Shown here: in pieces, positions 1 through 12,789 of the stretch
How the letters are laid out: each line of letters opens with the position of its first letter
How positions within the stretch are numbered: the first letter of the stretch is position 1
From: Octopus sinensis
Lineage: Eukaryota
Direction: 5' to 3'
NCBI RefSeq assembly: GCF_006345805.1
Contig: NC_043003.1
Location: 19,778,001 to 19,842,000, forward strand
Length of the DNA stretch: 64,000 nt
Translations under genes and position numbers: made by a program
Notes under the pieces: model-generated
Database searches by the model: none
What the model was told of the DNA's origin: nothing
Seen by the model: the letters and a program-made list of their open reading frames with translations, nothing else

Positions 1-295
1 GCATCCATTGAAAAGTACAAGCCCAGACTCAACCACCCGAACATACTGATACAGAGAAATTCACACCAAGGGAAAGGAAAAAAATTTTAAGCGATTATCT
101 TCCTTACACCGGAAGAAATCACCCACTACCTTCCCTTATTTAGAGCTCTCCTGAACATAAACATAACGAAAACTCTATTCAACATAAACATAACGTCGCA
201 AGAAATTTGAAAAGCTACACGCGAAACCGGTCTTTCTTTTAAATTATGTCATTATAAGAGAAAAAAAAAATTTTTTTTCTAATATTCTTCAGAGA
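1..295 (+). mobile_element. 3' end of a Penelope-like element (GIY-YIG C-terminus plus pseudo-LTR remnant)
   Basis: Frame 1 reads ASIEKYKPRLNHP..., resembling the I..(F/Y)KP.LN end of PLE GIY-YIG endonucleases; degenerate hammerhead at 200-238; followed by (TA)n. Confidence 0.55.
200..238 (+). ncRNA. Degenerate minimal type I hammerhead ribozyme
   Basis: aagaaa-t-TTGAAAA-gc(tacac)gc-GAAA-ccgg-TC-tttctt; stem I aagaaa/tttctt, palindromic stem III; core differs from CTGANGA by two transitions. Confidence 0.45.
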
Positions 296-359
296 TATTG
301 ACGCAAATATATATATTTTTAACATTTAAGCCTTCTGTAGTTTTTCACTCTTTACTATT

Positions 360-360
<1 letters not shown>

Positions 361-432
<72 letters not shown>

Positions 433-458
433 CTCTTTACTCTTTACTCTTTTAAGAG

Positions 459-489
<31 letters not shown>

Positions 490-545
490 TATATATGTAT
501 GTGTTTGTGTGTGTGTGTTTGTGTGTGTGTGTTTGTGTGTGTGTG
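361..545. repeat. (TA)n/(TG)n microsatellite
   Basis: Seen directly. Confidence 0.95.
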
Positions 546-742
546 TTTGTCCCCTAGCATTGCTTGACAACCGATGCTGGTGTGTTTACGTCCCCGTCAC
601 TTAGCGGCTCGTCAAAAAGAGACCGATAGAATAAGTACTGGGCTTACAAAGAATAAGTCCCGGGGTCGATTTGTTCGACTAAAGGCAGTGCTCCAGCATG
701 GCCGCAGTCAAATGACTGAAACAAGTAAAAGAGTAAAGAGTA
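510..742 (+). mobile_element. SINE family A, 3' half
   Basis: Matches the 3' halves of full copies (e.g. 14397-14813): gcttgacaaccgatgctgg...aaatgactgaaacaagtaaaagag. Confidence 0.9.
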
Positions 743-760
743 TGACTGGTTAGATTGAAA

Positions 761-1047
761 GTGTGTGGCTTGGTGGTTAGGGTATTCGGCTCACGATTGT
801 AAGGTCTTGAGTTCAATTCCTAGCGACGCGTTGTATCCTTGAGCAAGACACTTTATTTCACGTTGCTCCAGTTCACTCAGCTGGCAAAAGTGATTAGTAC
901 CTGTATTTCAAAAGGGCCAGCCTCATCACTTTCTGTGTCACGCTGAATTTCCCAGTGAACCGCGTTAAGGGTACGCGTGTCTGTGGAGTGCTCAGCCACT
1001 TGCACGTTTACTGGAACCCTCGTCGTTGTGACTGATGGAGTGCCAGT
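761..1047 (+). mobile_element. tRNA-derived SINE family D
   Basis: A box tggcttggtgg, B box gagttcaattcc, ccttgagcaagacacttt core; near-identical copy on the minus strand at 37489-37811. Confidence 0.85.
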
Positions 1048-1274
1048 CTTTTAGATTGAAAGTAATGAAAGCAGCTCAAGTTCGATACCTTTTATTTACT
1101 GAAGATACTTCAATCATGACTTTTGATTTCACTTTTGTAGTTGCATTTATTTTAAATGATATTGAAAACCTACGTTTCGAAAATTATGCCAAGCTCCTAA
1201 CATGGGTCTGCATTTGATGAAACTAAACCTATCATTAGAAATGGTGACAATACCGGAAATGTTGAAGAATGGAC

Positions 1275-1676
1275 TCTCTTTTACTTGTTTCAGTCATTTG
1301 ACTGCGGCCATGCTGGAGCACCGCCTTTAGTCGAGCAAATCGACCCCGGGACTTATTCTTTGTAAGCCCAGTACTTATTCTATCTGTCTCTTTTGCCGAA
1401 CCATTAAGTGACGGGGACGTAAACACACCAGCATCGGTTGTCAAGCAATGCTAGGGGGACAAACACAGACACACAAACACATACACACACATATATATAT
1501 ATACATATATACGACAGGCTTCTTTCAGTTTCCGTCTACCAAATCCACTCACAAGGCATTAGTTGGCCGGGGGCTATAGCAGAAGACACTTGCCCAAGAT
1601 GCCACGCAGTGGGACTGAACCCAGAACCATGTAGTTGGTTAGCAAGCTACTTACCACACAGCCACTCCTGCGCCTA
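1275..1676 (-). mobile_element. SINE family A, full length
   Basis: tRNA-like head (tggctgtgtgg ... ggttcagtccc), internal (TA)/(TG) microsatellite, conserved tail. Confidence 0.9.
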
Positions 1677-1823
1677 TGGAACATTTGGGTTTGTAAAAAA
1701 TCGTGATGTGATAGAGTGAATTGGATTTCATTTTTGAAGTCAGCTCACCGAAATTACTAGGAAACATGTTTCCAACACCAGAACTAAAACCCATGTTCCT
1801 CAGTGTTATGTATTTTGTCTATA

Positions 1824-1985
1824 GACGTAGGAGTGGCTGTGTGGTAAGTGGCTTGCTTACGAACCACATGGTTTCGGGTTCAGACCCACTGCGTGGCACC
1901 TTGGGCAAGTGTCTTCTACTATAGCTTCGGGCCGACCAAAGCCTTGTGAGTGGATTTGGTAAACGGAAACTGAAAGAATCACGTC

Positions 1986-2020
<35 letters not shown>

Positions 2021-2215
2021 TGTGTGTGTGTGTATATATATGTTTGTGTGTCTGTGTTTGTCCCCTAACATCGCTTGACAACCGATGCTGGTGTATTTAC
2101 GTCCCTGTAACTTAGCGGTTCGGCAAAAGGCCCCGATAGAATAAGTACTAGGCTTACAAAGAATAAGTCCTGGGGTTGATTTGCTCGACTAAAGGTGGTG
2201 CTCCAGTATGGCCAC
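1824..2215 (+). mobile_element. SINE family A
   Basis: Same head, ccttgggcaagtg core, internal microsatellite and tail. Confidence 0.9.
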
Positions 2216-2749
2216 AATAATAAACTAAGGTCAAATGCATCATGTGGTTAGTTGAAGGAGGAGGCGAAGGACGAGAGAAAAAGACGGCGAGAGAAAAGTG
2301 GGAGAGAGAAGTGTTAATGACGTGCTGCAGGGTGTGAAGGGAAAGGTGAAGAGAAGAGAGAAATGTTAAAGACAGAAAGAGGGGAATTACATGGTTAAAC
2401 AATTTGTTGAAGAAGTAGAGAGAAAGAGAGAAATATAAAATGCTTAGCAGAGGGAAATTTTAAAATCTTATAATATATTATTGTGGTTGGAAGTGAAATA
2501 ACTTAGCAAAATAGAAATAAAAATGCCAATCATCCTTTCTTTCTTAGATAGCTTCTCTTAATCTTCTTCGTTCTGTGGAATTTCCACAGGTTCCATTAGT
2601 TAATACATACTATCCATTCTCAGTCTTGACAATTAAGTAAGAATATACTTCGCTGAGGAAGAATAATAGATGCAAAATGAAATATGACCGTCGTTCTGTT
2701 CTGCTGTTGGTTTCAAAGACCAGATGTTCTCCAATACGCATTGTCAAAT

Positions 2750-3372
2750 CCTTTCTATTATAGGCACAAGGCCTTTAATTTGGGGGAGGGGGATAGTCAA
2801 TTACATTGACCCCAGTAATCAACTGGTACTTAATTTAGCGACCCCAAAAGATGAAAGGCAAAGTCGACCTCGGCGGAATTTGAACTCAGAACGTAACTGC
2901 AGACGAAATACCTATTTCTTTACTACCCACTAGGGGCTAAACACAGAGGGAACAAACAAGGACAGACAAACGGATTAAATCGATTACATCGACCCCAGTG
3001 CGTAACTGGTACTTAATTTATCGACCCCGCAAGGATGAAAAGCAAAGTCGACCTCGGCAGAATTTGAACTCAGAACGTAACGGCAGACGAAATACCGCTA
3101 AGCATTTCGCCCGGCGTGCTAACGTTTCTGCCAGCTCGCCGCCTTAAATTACTTAAATATAATCTTTTCTACTCTAGGCACAAGGCTCGAAAATTTTGGG
3201 GAGGAGACCAGTCGATTAGACTGATCCCAGTACGCAACTGGTACTTAATTTATCGACCCCAAAAGGGTGAAAGGCAAAGTCTACTTCGGCGGAATTTGAA
3301 CTCAGAATGTAGCGACGGGCGAAATACCACTAATTTCGTCAAGCGTGCTAACGTTTCTGCCAACCCGCCGCC
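2750..3372 (-). mobile_element. Cluster of SINE family B (dimer 2750-3145 plus monomer 3163-3372)
   Basis: Three repeats of gaaaggcaaagtcgacctcggcggaatttgaactcagaacg; heads end in ...cgccgcc. Confidence 0.9.
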
Positions 3373-3885
3373 TATTATTTAAATATAATGCCAGATGATC
3401 GAAGTTTTTCAACTTAGTATATTATCTAACTGACATCTAGAATATTCTAGAATATTTGTAATTAATATAAAGAACGCTTCTCTGAGGTGCTTTCGTTCAG
3501 CTGTGTTATTAATATCCAGCTTGACGCATAAATGTGTGTCGGCCTTGTATTAATGTAAGAATTTATTAATATTTTCAATTATTTTATTCTATTTATTTGT
3601 TTCATACCCTTTAAGTTTTATCAAATTTTTTCTTTATTTTTTCATTGAATTCAGTTTATATTTATTTCACAATTTCAATTTTTTTAAGAATATATTTTCT
3701 CATCTACAATTATTTTGCATTTGATCATTGTATTTTCAATTTTTTCCTTTTAAACAAAATAATATCGATCCGTTATGTTTATTTATGCATTTGATGAATT
3801 AAAAAGTAATTTTTAAATTAATTTGATAAATTCAATCTTTTTCCAAAGTAAATCAATTCCATTTTTTTTTACAAATTTTATAGAC

Positions 3886-5195
3886 TAACTACCAGAGATA
3901 CCCAACGTTGCCCGTGTTACATACAAATGAAGAATTAGACATTTCTGTTATATTTTCTCTAATGAACTGGAATATCTATGTTTCGAATTTTATCAAAATT
4001 GCAGATGAGGGATATTCCCTCTTTACAACCCCACCAAAAATTGTAATCGTGCCACATATATCCCATACTACTGATTTTTATGCGCATATTCCAAAATTCC
4101 AGTCTTATTGAACCTGTTAAAAAGATTTTGCTCCTGAAAAATGAAGGTCATGGAGCTCTAAAATGTGAGAGTTAAGGCCCCTGTTGGGGGTGAGTATCTT
4201 AATGTCAACCAGAGAAGTTGAATTGTTGAGAATCTTTTTAACTTGGGTCTTATATCTATTGTTTGAATTTCTTTGAAATAGGAAATATATGTTCACTGGG
4301 TTTGTAAAAGAGAGCAAAGCTACAGGAAACCAAAAGACGAATGATCACAATAAGCAGTCAGTTACCCTACCCTAGTCGTTACCACTCCCAATGTAGGATT
4401 CCTCACCAGCCAGGTGATAGGCACAGCCGTAAGATGCATTACGAATCTATAGCAATTGAAAGGGCGTGACCCATCTGAAACAAATCTTAACAAATGTATG
4501 ACGTGAGGGCTAAGGAGAAATGAAAGTTGGAGTTTGCAAATGACCACTATACTGATATGTAACTGGACAGAATAAATTTACAATCTCTAAATGTCTTTGA
4601 ATAACCAGTCACTCATCTGGGAAGGCCTTGAAATCAATGTTACCATCTGGGGACTATGTGTGACCGAGTGATAATAAAAAGACTGAAAGGAGGTCTGCAA
4701 TCAAATAACTTTACTCAACACTTTGCAACTGAATCAGTGGAGGCAAAGATACCTCTCACTTACTTGACAATTTATGCAGCACATTGCAGAAATCACATTG
4801 TAAGTTTATGTCAAAGCAAACTGTTACACTGTTGTACCATTGAATTAGAAATAATGCTCAACTTTTATGCTCGGGTAACCCTACAGCTTCCAAGAGCACA
4901 ACTGTATTCGTTTTTGCTTTGATAAAATGACAAAATTGTGGGTGTTAAGTCCCCATGGAGGGGTCTTTATAACTTGTAAGAAGATGAAATTTTATAAATA
5001 TTACTTCATTTGTGTCTAATATCTATGGTTAAAATTTCCTCAACAGCAAAAATATATGAATTGTCATGGGGGTTATGGCCCTAGTGCATAGAATATAATT
5101 TCCAAATTTCATAAAGATCCATTCAGTACTTTTGACCTAGCTTTGGATCATAAAACAAATGACTAAAATTGGGAGTTAGGCTCCCATTAGGGTTT
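3886..5195 (+). mobile_element. Probable Helentron/Helitron-like non-autonomous element (decayed)
   Basis: Starts ctaactaccagagatacccaacgttgcccg, resembling the actag...acccgtcgttgccggg end of the element at 50399-51275; internal ccaaatttc...gatcc motifs; ends ttttatata. Family assignment from memory. Confidence 0.4.
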
Positions 5196-5275
5196 TATAT
5201 ATATATATATATATAATATATATTATATATATATTATTATATATATATATATATTATATATAGGTATATAGTATA

Positions 5276-5319
<44 letters not shown>

Positions 5320-5343
5320 GATGGATATATATGTTAATATATG

Positions 5344-5396
<53 letters not shown>

Positions 5397-5408
5397 TATA
5401 TATATATA
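5195..5408. repeat. (TA)n microsatellite
   Basis: Seen directly. Confidence 0.95.
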
Positions 5409-5409
5409 C

Positions 5410-5963
5410 TTTACAAGATAAGGGCAGAAGAAAAATTCTAATGCCAGATACATTGATAAAATTTTTTTCCCGGTAATTTTTTTTATCCTATATCAATTAT
5501 AAATAGATTAGTATTCACTTCCGGATTCTATCACTCTGTGAAAGTTTCTAGTTCGAATCACACGTGTCTCGAGGTGCGCCTAAGATTTTTCTATTTGGAT
5601 ATATTTGGGGTACTTAAGTCTGCTCGTGACTTGATGCTTGCTTCTTCCGTGGGTATGAATAAGTATTTCATTTATATCTCGCGTATGTGCCGCTGAAGAG
5701 GGGAAAATTTCTTGTGAATTAACCCCGAAATTGGACCAATACGGTAATAACGAATTTTTTAGAGATTTCTATCGGTTTGTTTCGAGACGCATAAATTTAA
5801 TGGTTATCGACAATTTTTTTGTTTCGGCGTATCTGGCATTATAATTTTTCTTCTGCCCTTATCTTGTAAATTATGTATAAATTTTACCTTTCAGGCATGT
5901 TTTGATATGCTGGCCATTGATAAAATTTTTTCCCGAAAAATTTTTTATCCTATATCAATTATA
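5410..5963 (+). mobile_element. Non-autonomous hammerhead-bearing retroelement (Penelope pseudo-LTR or retrozyme-like)
   Basis: ~50-bp direct repeats 5451-5501 and 5915-5963; 42-bp inverted copy 5410-5451 of 5829-5870; internal hammerhead; (TA)n on both sides. Confidence 0.75.
5688..5746 (+). ncRNA. Type I hammerhead ribozyme, intact core
   Basis: tgccg-CTGAAGA-gggg(19 nt)cccc-GAAA-ttgg(a)ccaa-TA-cggta: all core nucleotides and three stems present; predicted cleavage after A5741. Confidence 0.8.
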
Positions 5964-5967
5964 TATG

Positions 5968-6007
<40 letters not shown>

Positions 6008-6289
6008 ATATATATACACTACAAAAAATAAATTGATAGATACAACTGATTGGGCAAACAAAAATATGAGACACAGCCTAGTGCTTTTTTACGTTGATAA
6101 GCTTGGTACTTAGTCTATTAGTTTGTTCTTGTGAAACCAGTAAGTTAAGTGGATGTAAATAAATGAACAGCAGTTGTGAAGCAGTGGTGAGGGCGAAACA
6201 CAGAGACGAACATAAACTTACATATATACATACATATATTTACGATTGATATGTTTCAGTTCCTGTCTATGAAATTCATATATATATTG

Positions 6290-7580
6290 TTGGCATCCTT
6301 TTTGTCTCGGGAGACAATGGAGTTGCGCATAAAATAATCTAGTCCGGCTTTTACATTTCATGTCCTAATACATCTCCTGCTATGGCTGTGTAGTCCTATC
6401 CTGGACAAACACTCCATCTGGCAGGTGCCGCAAATGTAGCGAAGACTTTTCCTGGATGGTTGTAATGTCATACTTTCTTGTTGACGTCTTTTCTTGTCTT
6501 TCCATTTCTCCTCTCTCTCTCTATGTCGTTCTCTGTGTTCCCTCTTTTACGGGACGTCGCCAATTTCCACGGTTGCTGGCGACTGCTTCCCAGTTGGTAA
6601 TATTGATGTTGCAGGCATTCATGTCTCTTTTGCAAACATCCTTGTATCGTAAGAACAGTCTTCCCACAGACCTAGTGCCCCTAGCAAGCTCTCCGTTGAG
6701 TATGTCCTTGGGGATTCTGCCATCTTCTATACGGCTAACATGTCCAAGCCATCTCATACGTCTTTGTGTGAGGAGAGAAAACATGCTTGGTATTCCTGCT
6801 TGCTTGAGGACATCTTTGTTGGGGACATGATTCTGCCATTTGATGCGAAGGATTTTCCGGAGGCAGCGCAGGTGAAAGATATTTAGGCGACACTCTTGTC
6901 GAGTGTATGGCGTCCAAGTCTCACTTCCATAAAGTAGAGTGCTAAGTATACATGCCTGGTAAATCTTCATTTTTGTGGTCTTGGTCAGCTTATTGTTGTC
7001 CCATGCCCGTTTGGATAGTTGGGCCATCACAGCAGCTGCCTTGCCAATGCGTATATTGAGCTCAACATCAAGGGATAGGTTGTAGGTGACGGTAGAGCTA
7101 AGATAGGTAAACTTCTCCACTTACTGTAGTCTGTGGTCTCCAATATGTAGGTTTGGGATGTCCGATGTAGCCTGACCCATGGTTTGGTCTTCTTGAGGCT
7201 GATAACTAAGCCAAAGTCGCTACATGCTTGCTCAAAGCAGTTGATGGGCCTTTGTAGGGCTCCTTCTGTGTGTGATACCAGAGCGGCATTATTAGCAAAT
7301 AGTACCTCCTTGATCAGGACGCTTCTGATTTTGGTCTTGACACGCAGACGCGAGAGATTGAACAGTTTCCCGTCTCTTCTACTGTGCAGAAACACTCCAT
7401 CATCTGGTGTCTGAAAAGCATGTGACAGCAGCAGCGAGAAGAAGATACCAAATAATGTAGGAGCAAGGACACAACCTTGCTTTACCCCATTTTTTATTTA
7501 GAAGGCGGCTGATGTTGAACCATTGTGTTGTATGGTGCCTTCCATATCATCATGGAAAGATTTGATGATCCTCAGCAGCT
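6290..7580 (-). mobile_element. RTE-clade LINE, 5'-truncated (RT C-terminal half, frameshifted)
   Basis: ORFs 7027-7395 and 6521-7120: LFANNAAL (LFADD), FGLVISLKKT, FTYLSS, LLYGSETW, RWLGHVSR; gvkqgcvlap region at 7460-7490. Confidence 0.92.
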
Positions 7581-7693
7581 TTGGTGGACAGCAGCTTTGG
7601 CCAAGCCAAGCCAAGCCAAGCCGTCTCAGTTTTATATATAGAGAGATTCTGTACTGATTTTATATATTCGTTTCATACTAAATATATACTCAT

Positions 7694-7852
7694 ACAGGTG
7701 TGGCTGTGTGGTAAGAAGCGTGCTTTCCAACCGCATAGTTCCGGGTTCAGTCCTACTGCGTGGTACCTTGGGCAAGTGTTTGTACTACAGCCTCAGACCG
7801 ACCAAAGCCCTGTGAGTGGATTTGGCTGACGGAAACTGAAAGAAACCCATCG

Positions 7853-7855
<3 letters not shown>
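7694..7855 (+). mobile_element. SINE family A, 5' half (matching degenerate 3' half at ~8305-8500)
   Basis: Head and core up to the internal (TA)n. Confidence 0.8.
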
Positions 7856-7923
<68 letters not shown>

Positions 7924-8269
7924 TTAAAATTAATCAAAGGACATACTAGGTATGTCAACCTGCTTGAAATAACAGTCAAAACTCTTATTAAATCGCTAAA
8001 AATACACCGATAAAAACTACAGAAATCAAACGAAGTCAAAATCAGGCCAAGACAATGTACTAATATACATTTAAGCATTTGGACTCAAGTGGATCGATTT
8101 CTGCATTGGTAAAATAAAACCTTAGCTTCTTCAGCATGTGTTACCATCCCTCGGCTATTTAATGCTATTTTTTGGCCTGCTATCGCCTGTGTCATTGATT
8201 CTGTTATTATCATTTTAAAAATTGTTACATTGGATAATAATAGGATTAATGACACCTTCGTAAATATAT

Positions 8270-8319
<50 letters not shown>

Positions 8320-8564
8320 TTGTGTCTGACAACCACTGTTAACGTTCCCGTAGCATAGTGGTTCGGCTAAAGAGACCGATAGAATAAGTATCAAGCTCAG
8401 CAAAATTTATATTATTTGCTCTCAACCGTAGCAAGTCAAAACAAAAAGTAAAATCTAAATCCTTTCAGTCTGGTTGCAGTCAAATGACTGAACAAGATAA
8501 TATACTCGTATCACGCAAATTATATATATACTCATTTGATAATTTTATGTATTCATTATATATA

Positions 8565-8916
8565 CAGACGAGTAATATTCGTAGCCACTTCAACAGACAG
8601 ATTTTTTAAACCCCAAGAGGACATCTCCTCTAGCTGGTTAACGATGCACAGCCGCGTCCGATAAATTGCGAGCAAGGGAGCGAACCCCTACCACTTTCTA
8701 GCGACGGGACCAGTAGACCAGTCCTGGTTTCGGGATATTTCTGCTTCTCTTTCTCCCGTCGCTTGAAGGTGGTAGGGGTTCGGTCCCCTACTCGCAATTT
8801 ATTAGATGCAGCTCTGCATCGCTAACCAGCTAGAGGAGATGTCTTCTTAGGGCTAAAAAATCGCAGTACAATCCGTCCCAACAGACAGCCATGTGACTAC
8901 GAATATTAATTGTCAG
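8565..8916. mobile_element. Foldback MITE with TA target duplication (Tc1/mariner-type)
   Basis: Imperfect inverted arms ~8565-8709 and ~8754-8916 (e.g. acatctcctctagctggtt / aaccagctagaggagatgt); TA on both sides. Confidence 0.75.
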
Positions 8917-9709
8917 TACAACTACTGCGTTGATCTCTTAGAGAAATTTTAGAACTAGCATTTTTGATTATAGATACGCATTTCATGCTAATTATATATG
9001 CTAATAACATCCATTACATATACTCATTTCATACAAACTTTATATAATCTTTTTGTACTAACTTCAAATATTTCATGAATGAAATCTGTTTCTTAAATTC
9101 TACTGATATAAAAGATCTTATAAATAAATTTAATTACCCACATATATTAATTTTATAATATTTTTTTCATCTTTTAATCAGGAGGGAAAGCAGTGCCATC
9201 ACCCATTACAGGGCCCCCCAAACTGATGGGAGAAGGTTGAAAGGAAGATACCCCTAAACTAGAAACCTGGCCCAAATGCTTTCATCAACGTGAACTCACC
9301 GAAAGCTACACAAGGTGCCGGGTAGTTGTGTTAAACCGAGTGACGAGTTAAGTCTACCACCCAAACAAGCTGCGGTGGGAGCTGAACTTAGAATGTAAAG
9401 TATTGGGCAAACGCCGAAAGACATCCGGTCCGACGTTTTTACAGTTTCATCAATACTCAAAAAGGCCATGGTGGAATTTGAACTCAAAATGTAAAGTGCC
9501 GGACAAATATTGCAAAGCATCCGGTCCGAAAGTTCTTAGAAGTTCCACCAATGTCCCAAAAGGTCATCCGAACCAACATTCTTACGCTTCCGTCAATCCA
9601 TTTTCCTACATTGATACTTTATTTATCGATCCCCAAAGAATGATAGGCAATGTTAATATTGACTGGATTTGATCTCGGAGTGCAGTGAGTCGGAACATTC
9701 TGTTCAATA

Positions 9710-9940
9710 GGCGGTGAGCTGGCAGAAACGTTAGCACGCCGGGCGAAATGCGTAGCCGTATTTCGTCTGCCGTTACGTTCTGAGTTCAAATTCCGCCGAG
9801 GTCGACTTTGCTTTTCATCCTTTCGGGGTCGATTAAATAAGTACCAGTTACGCACTGGGGTCGATATAATCGACTTAATCCGTGTATCTGTCCTTCTTTG
9901 TCCCCTCTGTGTGTAGCCCCTTGTGGGCAGTAAAGAAATA
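9710..9940 (+). mobile_element. SINE family B, full length with TSD
   Basis: 16-bp TSD ggaacattctgttcaa at 9692-9707 and 9941-9956; B box gagttcaaattcc. Confidence 0.92.
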
Positions 9941-10232
9941 GGAACATTCTGTTCAACATTTTAAAAAACTCTGGCAGTTCGCCTCATGTAAATAGATATC
10001 TGTAATGTCTGTTTTCTAAAATATTTATGTATACTGTTGTGACTGTAGAGTCAAAAATTTAGCTTCGCAACAATGAGTTACTAATTTGGATTCCGCTACA
10101 CGCACCTTGCCTATATATCTTGTATCACCTCTGATTAACGAATAAGTTGTGAACAAAATTTGGGTTGTTGTGCAAGAAAGATAGAGCTTGTAAAATAATG
10201 TGTAGGTGTATCTGTGTGTATGCATGTGCGTT

Positions 10233-10265
<33 letters not shown>

Positions 10266-10389
10266 AAGAGAGGGGGAAGATATGTGTATATTGAGTAAGA
10301 AAGATAGTGCGTATGCAATAGCTTGTAGGTGCGTGTGTGTGTGTTTGTGGGTGCGTGTGTTTGTGGGTGCGTGTGTTTGTGTGTGTGAG

Positions 10390-10431
<42 letters not shown>

Positions 10432-10580
10432 TTTAAGTATGTGAGTGTTTGTGAAAGTATTTGACATCATACAAATGGCATAATCAGAGAAAGAAAGACA
10501 GGGGTCTTGGTTCCTTTCTGAGCCCCGAATCCAGGCAGGAAATTATCTGATCCAAATTCTTGCATCCCAAAGTGGTCGGT

Positions 10581-10810
10581 GTGGAGGTGCATTGCTTAGT
10601 GGTTAGGAGTGTTGGAACCATGACCATAAGATTGTAGTTTCGAAACCTGGACCAGGCTATGCGTTGTGTTCTTGAGCAAAACACTTCATTTCACGTTGCT
10701 CCACTCCACTCAACTGGCAAAAATGAGTCACTCTACGACGAACCGGCCTTCAAGTGGGGAATATATGCATTACGAAAACCGGGAAACCGGCCGTTATGAA
10801 TCGGCATGAC
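10581..10810 (+). mobile_element. tRNA-derived SINE family C (diverged)
   Basis: Similar to 29900-30145: cttagtggttagg...gttgtgttcttgagcaaaacacttcatttcacgttgctcc. Confidence 0.8.
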
Positions 10811-11181
10811 AAAGGGGTCGATAGTGATGCTAAATCGGTTGAGTAATCACGTGTACCATCCAAGGTCTGTATGAGAGACAGGATGTGTTGAGTATCGTTG
10901 TTTTTGATCCATGATCAAAGGCATCCCAATTATGACCATCCCGTGTTATTCCTATCTTTGATCTTTTACTTGTATCAGTCATTGAACTGGAACAATGTTG
11001 GGGCACCACCTTGAACTATTTGGTTGAGCAAATCAATCCCGGTATTATTCTTTTAAAGTCTGGTATCTATTCTATCGGTCTCTTTGTCGAATCGCTGAGT
11101 TACGGGATGTAAACAAACCAGCACCAGTTGTCAAGTGGTTGGTGAGTACTAAACCATCACGCATATATATTATATTATATA

Positions 11182-11224
<43 letters not shown>

Positions 11225-11266
11225 TATATATAGATAGATATGTATATGTATGTATACATGTATATG

Positions 11267-11577
11267 TGTGGCGGTGCAATGGCCCAGTGGTTAGGGCAGC
11301 GGACTCGCGGTTGGAGGATCGCGGTGTCGATTCCCAGACCGGGCGTTGTGTGTGTTTATTGAGCGAAAAACACCTAAAGCTCCACAAGGCTCCGGCAGGG
11401 GGTGGTGGCGACCCTTGCTGTACTCTTTCGCCGCAACTTTCTCTCACTCTTTCTTCTGTTGGCCTGCTCGCTTAGCCAGCGGGGTGGCGTCATTTGAAGG
11501 CTAAAACAATGCGAAGCGCATTGTGACCAGCGATGTGTAGCAACATCTGATAGCCTGGTCTGTCACGTCACGTGATA
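11267..11577 (+). mobile_element. tRNA-derived SINE family E
   Basis: A box tggcccagtgg, B box gtgtcgattcc; middle shared with 31224-31290 and head with 32344-32390; inserted in (TA)n. Confidence 0.75.
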
Positions 11578-11734
11578 TATATATATATACTTATAAACAA
11601 GTATATATACTTATAAATTGAGGATGTAATAACATAAAATGATTATAACAGTGGATAACGTATAAAAATGACCAAATCGGTAAAATTAATTTTTAAGTAT
11701 ATAATTATAAAATATATAATTATAATTAAAGGTG

Positions 11735-12400
11735 CTGGAGTGCAGTGATAGGATAGACTATGATAGCCTGCCATATATGCATGATGGCTGCCCCCTCGTT
11801 ATCGAGTATGGCCATTGCACGAAGCTTGACTGTTATTGGTGCTGTGATCGAATGTGAATTTTATTTGCTTTTTAAGGCTACAGCCAGCCATTCAGTTGAG
11901 ACTCAGAGCACCATCAACAATCATGAACAATGTTGTTATCGTGCAATGCCTGTGCAAGAAGATTTTTTTTAAAGTGAGGAAAGGCTGTGCACTGAGTCAA
12001 TCCCACTCACTAAGCAACGGCAGCCATAATTCGAAAAGAAGAACAAGTCAACATCATCGGTAACCACTGAGCCGCAGGTTTTATGTCGGAGTTATCTCAG
12101 TTACCTGAGTTACCTTCTCCTAGAAGGATGCCCCAACAAAGGCTAGGAGTCCTTCACCCCCAATGGTTTAACCGCGCGATCGGGTATTCAGTCCGATTAT
12201 TTCTATGACTCCGCGCATGATACAGCCTTAAGACATTTATTGGATGGCCGTTGATTCTCAAGAGTTCCTCCGCCCTTTGACAGGTTTTGTTTTTCATCCT
12301 GCAGGGTGTCCAATAAACACCCTCCTCACCAAGCAAGCTTGTTGGGGTTGGCGGTTTAGTCGCCGACGAGCCGACCATGCAACTCGAAAGTGACCTAACA
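11735..12400 (-). mobile_element. Possible 5' UTR of an RTE-type LINE or derived non-autonomous element
   Basis: GC-richer island; gagttaccttctcctag...aaggct motif recalls the antisense of RTE 5' regions (from memory, unverified). Confidence 0.3.
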
Positions 12401-12789
12401 TAGCCATATATATATATAGCAGGCTTCGACACAGTCTATCACTGCCAAATTCACTCAAAAGGCATTGGTCGGACTGGGCCTAAAATAGAAGACACTTGCC
12501 TAAGTTAACACTCAGTGGGGCTAAACCCAGAATCACATGTTTGCGAAGCGAACTTCTTAACTACAAACCTATGCCTTGAAGGCTGCGGTTCATATAAACA
12601 CCTAATACTGCAGTTTATATGAACAACTAAAAGACTAGAAGGTTGTGCCCCAGCATGGCCTCAGTCCAATAACTGAAATCAGTAAAAGAATAATAGAATA
12701 ACTTATTTTATATATCAATTTTATATACATGCTTTATGCTGTACATCATTTATTAAATAAATAAATATATATATATATATAATATTAAT

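Noticed and set aside
1235-3382. Recurrent short ORFs such as [25 protein letters not shown] and RQSRPRRNLNSER
   Set aside because: Translations of SINE A and B, not a gene family.
11267-11345. tRNA gene (also heads at 761, 29900, 34435)
   Set aside because: A and B boxes run into SINE bodies; I see no complete cloverleaf or terminator.
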